Origin: Opitutales bacterium
GTDB taxonomy: Bacteria; Verrucomicrobiota; Verrucomicrobiia; Opitutales; UBA2995
Direction: 5' to 3'
NCBI GenBank assembly: GCA_965218995.1
Contig: CBDCML010000001.1
Location: forward strand, 376,943 to 408,942
DNA length: 32,000 nt
The notes under the pieces were generated by a model. The model had not been told where the DNA came from. It saw only the letters and a program-made list of their open reading frames with translations, and did not search any database. Both the position numbers and the translations under genes were made by a program. Each line of letters begins with the position of its first letter. The first letter of the stretch is position 1. Below are positions 29,386 through 32,000 of the stretch, in pieces.

Positions 29386-29826
29386 GATTCTTCCCCCTCT
29401 TTGCGTTCTTTGCCTGCCTGTGCGTCCGCAAAATCGGGGGAATACCACCTCTTGACCTGCGTAGCGTTGCGCAGCACGGTTTAGGCGAAGCAGGATCCCT
29501 GGTCAAAACCTTCTACTGAATTAGCTCTCGCCAAGCAGGCCAAGAACGCCAAGATTTTTTCTTTTTGACTAACCCGCATGTCTCACAAAATTCGTAGCGA
29601 GCGAACGGAGGTCGAGTGCTGGTGTGGGTTTCGCGCCGACCGTGCGTCGCAAAGTTGCTATGCAACGGCGAGTCGTGAGCGGGTGAAGCTGGGTCGACAC
29701 CCTGCAAAGTCGCGAATCCAACGAAGTCCGCACCAGTGCCGGCATCCCGGAGCGCAGTAGAAGATTTGTGAGACATGCGGGCTAACTCCTTTCTCTGCGT
29801 CCTGGGCGCTCTTTGCGAGATTCCTC

Positions 29827-29882
29827 CCCTTCTCCCTTCTCCCTTCTCCCTTCTCCCCCATTCCCCATTCCTAATTCCTAAT
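29827..29882 (+). repeat. Heptamer tandem array with motif drift (CCCTTCT x4, CCCCCAT, TCCCCAT, TCCTAAT x2)
   Basis: Eight consecutive 7-bp units. The array ends in the CCTAATT-CGCGCC..GGCGC module just upstream of the leuD ATG. Confidence 0.8.
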
Positions 29883-29905
29883 TCGCGCCCTCGGCGCCTC
29901 CCCCC

Positions 29906-30529
29906 ATGCCCTTAGAACCCATAACCCTAGTGTCGGGTCGCGCCCTTTATGTTCCCGGGGACGACATCGATACCGATCAGATCATTCCGGCCCGTTTCCT
30001 CAGGTGTATTACCTTCGACGGTCTGGGTGAATTCCTCTTTTACGACGTGCGCAAGGAGGGAAAGGGAAGGCACCGGCCCCATCCCCTGGACGACCCTCGG
30101 TTTGCCGGAGCCAGCATCATGATCAGCGGGAATAATTTCGGCTGTGGAAGCTCCCGGGAACATGCCCCCCAAGCCATCTCCAAAGCGGGTTTTGCCGCTA
30201 TCATTGCCGAGGGATTTGGCGAAATATTCTTCGGAAACAGCGCCACCCTCGGGCTTCCTTGCCTCCGGGCTTCCCGGCAGGATATTCAATCCATCGCCGC
30301 CGCCGTGCAAGCGGACCCCTCCATCGAGATAACCGCCGATGTGGTCAACGGGGAAATTCGCTTTGGGGGCCGGATCATTCCCTGTCAACTGCCCGAGGCG
30401 GCCCGTGCGGGGTTCATTGCCGGCACTTGGGACCCGATTGCCGAGCTTCTGCAGGGCGACTCCGCCATCCATGCCATGGCCCGGTCCCTTCCCTACAACG
30501 ACCCCGCTGGGGTCGGAATTAGGAATTAG
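29906..30529 (+). CDS. leuD: 3-isopropylmalate dehydratase small subunit
   Basis: 'DDIDTDQIIPARFL', 'GNNFGCGSSREHAPQAI' and 'GFGEIFFGN' are classic LeuD/aconitase swivel-domain blocks. The last codons (G-I-R-N) and the stop lie in the AATTAGG heptamer array. Confidence 0.85.
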   Translation: MPLEPITLVSGRALYVPGDDIDTDQIIPARFLRCITFDGLGEFLFYDVRKEGKGRHRPHPLDDPRFAGASIMISGNNFGCGSSREHAPQAISKAGFAAIIAEGFGEIFFGNSATLGLPCLRASRQDIQSIAAAVQADPSIEITADVVNGEIRFGGRIIPCQLPEAARAGFIAGTWDPIAELLQGDSAIHAMARSLPYNDPAGVGIRN

Positions 30530-30544
30530 GAATTAGGAATGAAG
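30515..30544 (+). repeat. Left arm of the four-helix-bundle cassette: (AATTAGG)n leader containing the ATG
   Basis: GGAATTAGGAATTAGGAATTAGGAATGAAG. Positions 30529-30544 are the perfect reverse complement of 30919-30934. Confidence 0.9.
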
Positions 30545-30916
30545 GTTGAGAATCCAATACAGGCCAAATCTTACGCGTTTGCTTTGCGGATGGTTAAGCT
30601 GTATCGGTATCTCTGTGCTGAGAAAAATGAATACTTGGTTTCCAAGCAGGTCGCGCGTAGTGGCACATCGATCGGCGCTAACGTAGAAGAAGCCATTGGG
30701 GGACAATCGAAAAAGGATTTCCTTTCCCAGATGGGCATCGCCTACAAGGAAGCCCGAGAGACGCATTACTGGCTTCGGCTGCTTCGCGATTCCAATATTC
30801 TGGACGCCAAACAGGCCAAATCCATTATGGAAGAATGCGAAGAGCTTTTGAAACTTTCCGGCACCATCATCCGAACCACAAAACCCAAAGTAAAGGAAGG
30901 CGCCGACGGCGCCTAA
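30539..30916 (+). CDS. Four-helix-bundle protein (23S rRNA intervening-sequence protein / Avd-like family), type A
   Basis: 125 aa. 'SKQVARSGTSIGANVEEAIGGQSKKDFLSQMGIAYKEARETHYWLRLL' matches the hallmark of the TIGR02436/PF05635 family (from memory). Confidence 0.85.
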   Translation: MKVENPIQAKSYAFALRMVKLYRYLCAEKNEYLVSKQVARSGTSIGANVEEAIGGQSKKDFLSQMGIAYKEARETHYWLRLLRDSNILDAKQAKSIMEECEELLKLSGTIIRTTKPKVKEGADGA

Positions 30917-30957
30917 TTCTTCATTCCTAATTCCTGATTGGCGCGCCTTAGCGCGCC
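30913..30957 (+). repeat. Right arm of the cassette (CTTCATTCCTAATTCC) plus GC hairpin GGCGCGC-CTTA-GCGCGCC
   Basis: 16-nt perfect complement of the left arm at 30919-30934. A 7-bp GC stem at 30940-30946 / 30951-30957 has no following T-run. Confidence 0.85.
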
Positions 30958-30964
30958 TCGCGCC

Positions 30965-31534
30965 ATGATTCAAATTATCGAAGGTTCGGGGATCTTCATC
31001 TACCCCCTCGGGTTGTGTTCCCTTTTGGGCATTTTCGTGATTTTTGAGCGGGGCATATCTTTGAGAATCGCCAACATTTTGCCCAAATCCCTGGTGGATA
31101 AGGTAATTGTCGGGCAAATCGACGATCCCCCGGAAAAGGAATCCGTCCTGGGACGCATTCTTGAATTTTTTAACCAACGTTCCCAGGATGCCGATAAAAT
31201 CCGGGCATTCACCAACCTCGAAGTCAACCGGATGGAACGGGGCCTGGTCATCCTGGAAATTGTCACCGGGGCGGCTCCCCTTTTGGGCCTGTTGGGAACG
31301 GTCACCGGTTTGGTCCAGGTATTTGCCAATATGTCCTTTGAAACCGGCGTGCCCGAACAAACTGCCTTCATCTCCGGTGTGGCCCTGGCCCTGACCACCA
31401 CCATGATTGGCCTTTCCGTGGCTATTCCCAGCTTGGTGGCCTACAATATCTATCAACGCCGTATCGATACCTATACGGTTCAACTCGATGCCATGATCGA
31501 ACGACTCCTTTCCCTCAACCAACCCAATTCCTGA
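30965..31534 (+). CDS. MotA/TolQ/ExbB proton-channel family protein
   Basis: 'IFIYPLGLCSLLGIFVIFER' and 'APLLGLLGTVTGLVQVF...ALTTTMIGLSVAIPSLVAYN' are typical ExbB/TolQ blocks. The ATG at 30965 is preferred over the upstream TTG at 30938, which lies in the repeat. Confidence 0.78.
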   Translation: MIQIIEGSGIFIYPLGLCSLLGIFVIFERGISLRIANILPKSLVDKVIVGQIDDPPEKESVLGRILEFFNQRSQDADKIRAFTNLEVNRMERGLVILEIVTGAAPLLGLLGTVTGLVQVFANMSFETGVPEQTAFISGVALALTTTMIGLSVAIPSLVAYNIYQRRIDTYTVQLDAMIERLLSLNQPNS

Positions 31535-31537
31535 TTA

Positions 31538-31721
31538 GGCACAAAGGCACAAAGGCACAAAGGCACAAAGGCACAAAGGCACAAAGGCACAAAGGCACAA
31601 AGGCACAAAGGCACAAAGGCACAAAGGCACAAAGGCACAAAGGCACAAAGGCACAAAGGCACAAAGGCACAAAGGCACAAAGGCACAAAGGCACAAAGGC
31701 ACAAAGGCACAAAGGCACAAA
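31538..31721 (+). repeat. (GGCACAAA)23 perfect octamer tandem array
   Basis: 184 bp, equal to 23 uninterrupted units. It starts 3 nt after the ExbB-family stop and ends exactly at the ATG of the next gene. Confidence 0.97.
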
Positions 31722-32000
31722 ATGAGTGGGGTCAGAACATATCGAGATTTGATCGTTTGGCAAAAGGGAATCGACTTCGTCACAAAAATCTATGGACTGA
31801 CCCGCAATTATCCTGCCTCAGAAGTCTACGGCTTAACTTCACAAATCCGCCGCTGCTCTGTTTCGATTCCAAGCAACGTTGCAGAAGGTTACGGACGAAG
31901 GTCCACTCAAGAATACATTCGGTTCCTTCAAATCGCGTCCGGCTCCTTATTTGAACTTCAAACCCAGTTGCAGATTTCCGCCAATCTTGATTTCATCGGG
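31722..32000 (+). CDS. Four-helix-bundle protein (23S rRNA IVS / Avd-like family), type B; 3' end outside the window
   Basis: Not in the supplied ORF track because it is open-ended. My translation is 'MSGVRTYRDLIVWQKGIDFVTKIYGLTRNYPASEVYGLTSQIRRCSVSIPSNVAEGYGRRSTQEYIRFLQIASGSLFELQTQLQISANLDFIG', the canonical TIGR02436 pattern. Confidence 0.85.
   Translation, partial: MSGVRTYRDLIVWQKGIDFVTKIYGLTRNYPASEVYGLTSQIRRCSVSIPSNVAEGYGRRSTQEYIRFLQIASGSLFELQTQLQISANLDFIG

Noticed and set aside
30938-30964. Upstream TTG start for the ExbB-family gene
   Set aside because: The extension lies in the cassette right-arm GC hairpin. The ATG at 30965 gives the typical family N-terminus.
31538-31721. Possible CRISPR array
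   Set aside because: The units are contiguous 8-bp repeats with no spacers, and no cas genes are present. This is a microsatellite-like array, not CRISPR.
31480-31783. Three overlapping ORFs encoding 'LCLCAFVP' repeats (also 4547-4822 and 24536-24850)
   Set aside because: They are simply translations of the GGCACAAA/TTTGTGCC tandem arrays, which contain no stop codon in any frame. There is no independent coding evidence.
30539-32000. Diversity-generating retroelement (the four-helix-bundle proteins are Avd-like)
   Set aside because: No reverse transcriptase ORF and no template/variable repeat pair are visible in the window. The only RT trace is an ~18-codon group II intron remnant 22 kb away.

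Overview
Bacterial chromosomal window of moderate GC content. All calls rest on motif recognition and by-eye comparison; no homology search was run. The gene content (Cys-type sulfatase, FG-GAP, PQQ-like propeller, LamG/Asp-box protein, TonB-dependent receptor) suggests a marine PVC-type organism, but that is inference only.

Ordinary content:
- a 5'-truncated FG-GAP protein and a PQQ-like beta-propeller
- two Na+/solute symporters
- a putative sulfated-glycan cluster: a beta-helix gene (disrupted by an IS), an HpcH-type aldolase, an SSS transporter, a sulfatase and a LamG+Asp-box protein
- a PhoD-like phosphatase, an SGNH esterase and a TonB-dependent receptor
- an orphan leuD and an ExbB/TolQ-family gene

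Unusual content:
1. Three apparently identical 1,294-bp IS3-family copies lie in direct orientation.
2. One of these copies sits inside an ORF-less group II intron that still has a canonical domain V.
3. Essentially every intergenic region is built from a shared vocabulary of short repeat modules. These include 7-mer and 8-mer tandem arrays, GTAG-headed REPIN-like hairpins and other palindromes.
4. Two intact and two decayed four-helix-bundle genes (23S-rRNA-IVS / Avd-like family) are present. Each is directly preceded by a simple tandem array, either (AATTAGG)n or (GGCACAAA)n. The one fully visible copy is bracketed by perfect inverted arms. This IVS-like cassette architecture is my best candidate for an undescribed element.
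5. Imperfect inverted repeats of about 400 bp bracket an 8-kb segment that carries two frameshifted genes.
6. Several gene fragments (ThuA-like, sulfatase N-terminus, hydrolase C-terminus) indicate heavy rearrangement.

No CRISPR array, tRNA or rRNA was seen.
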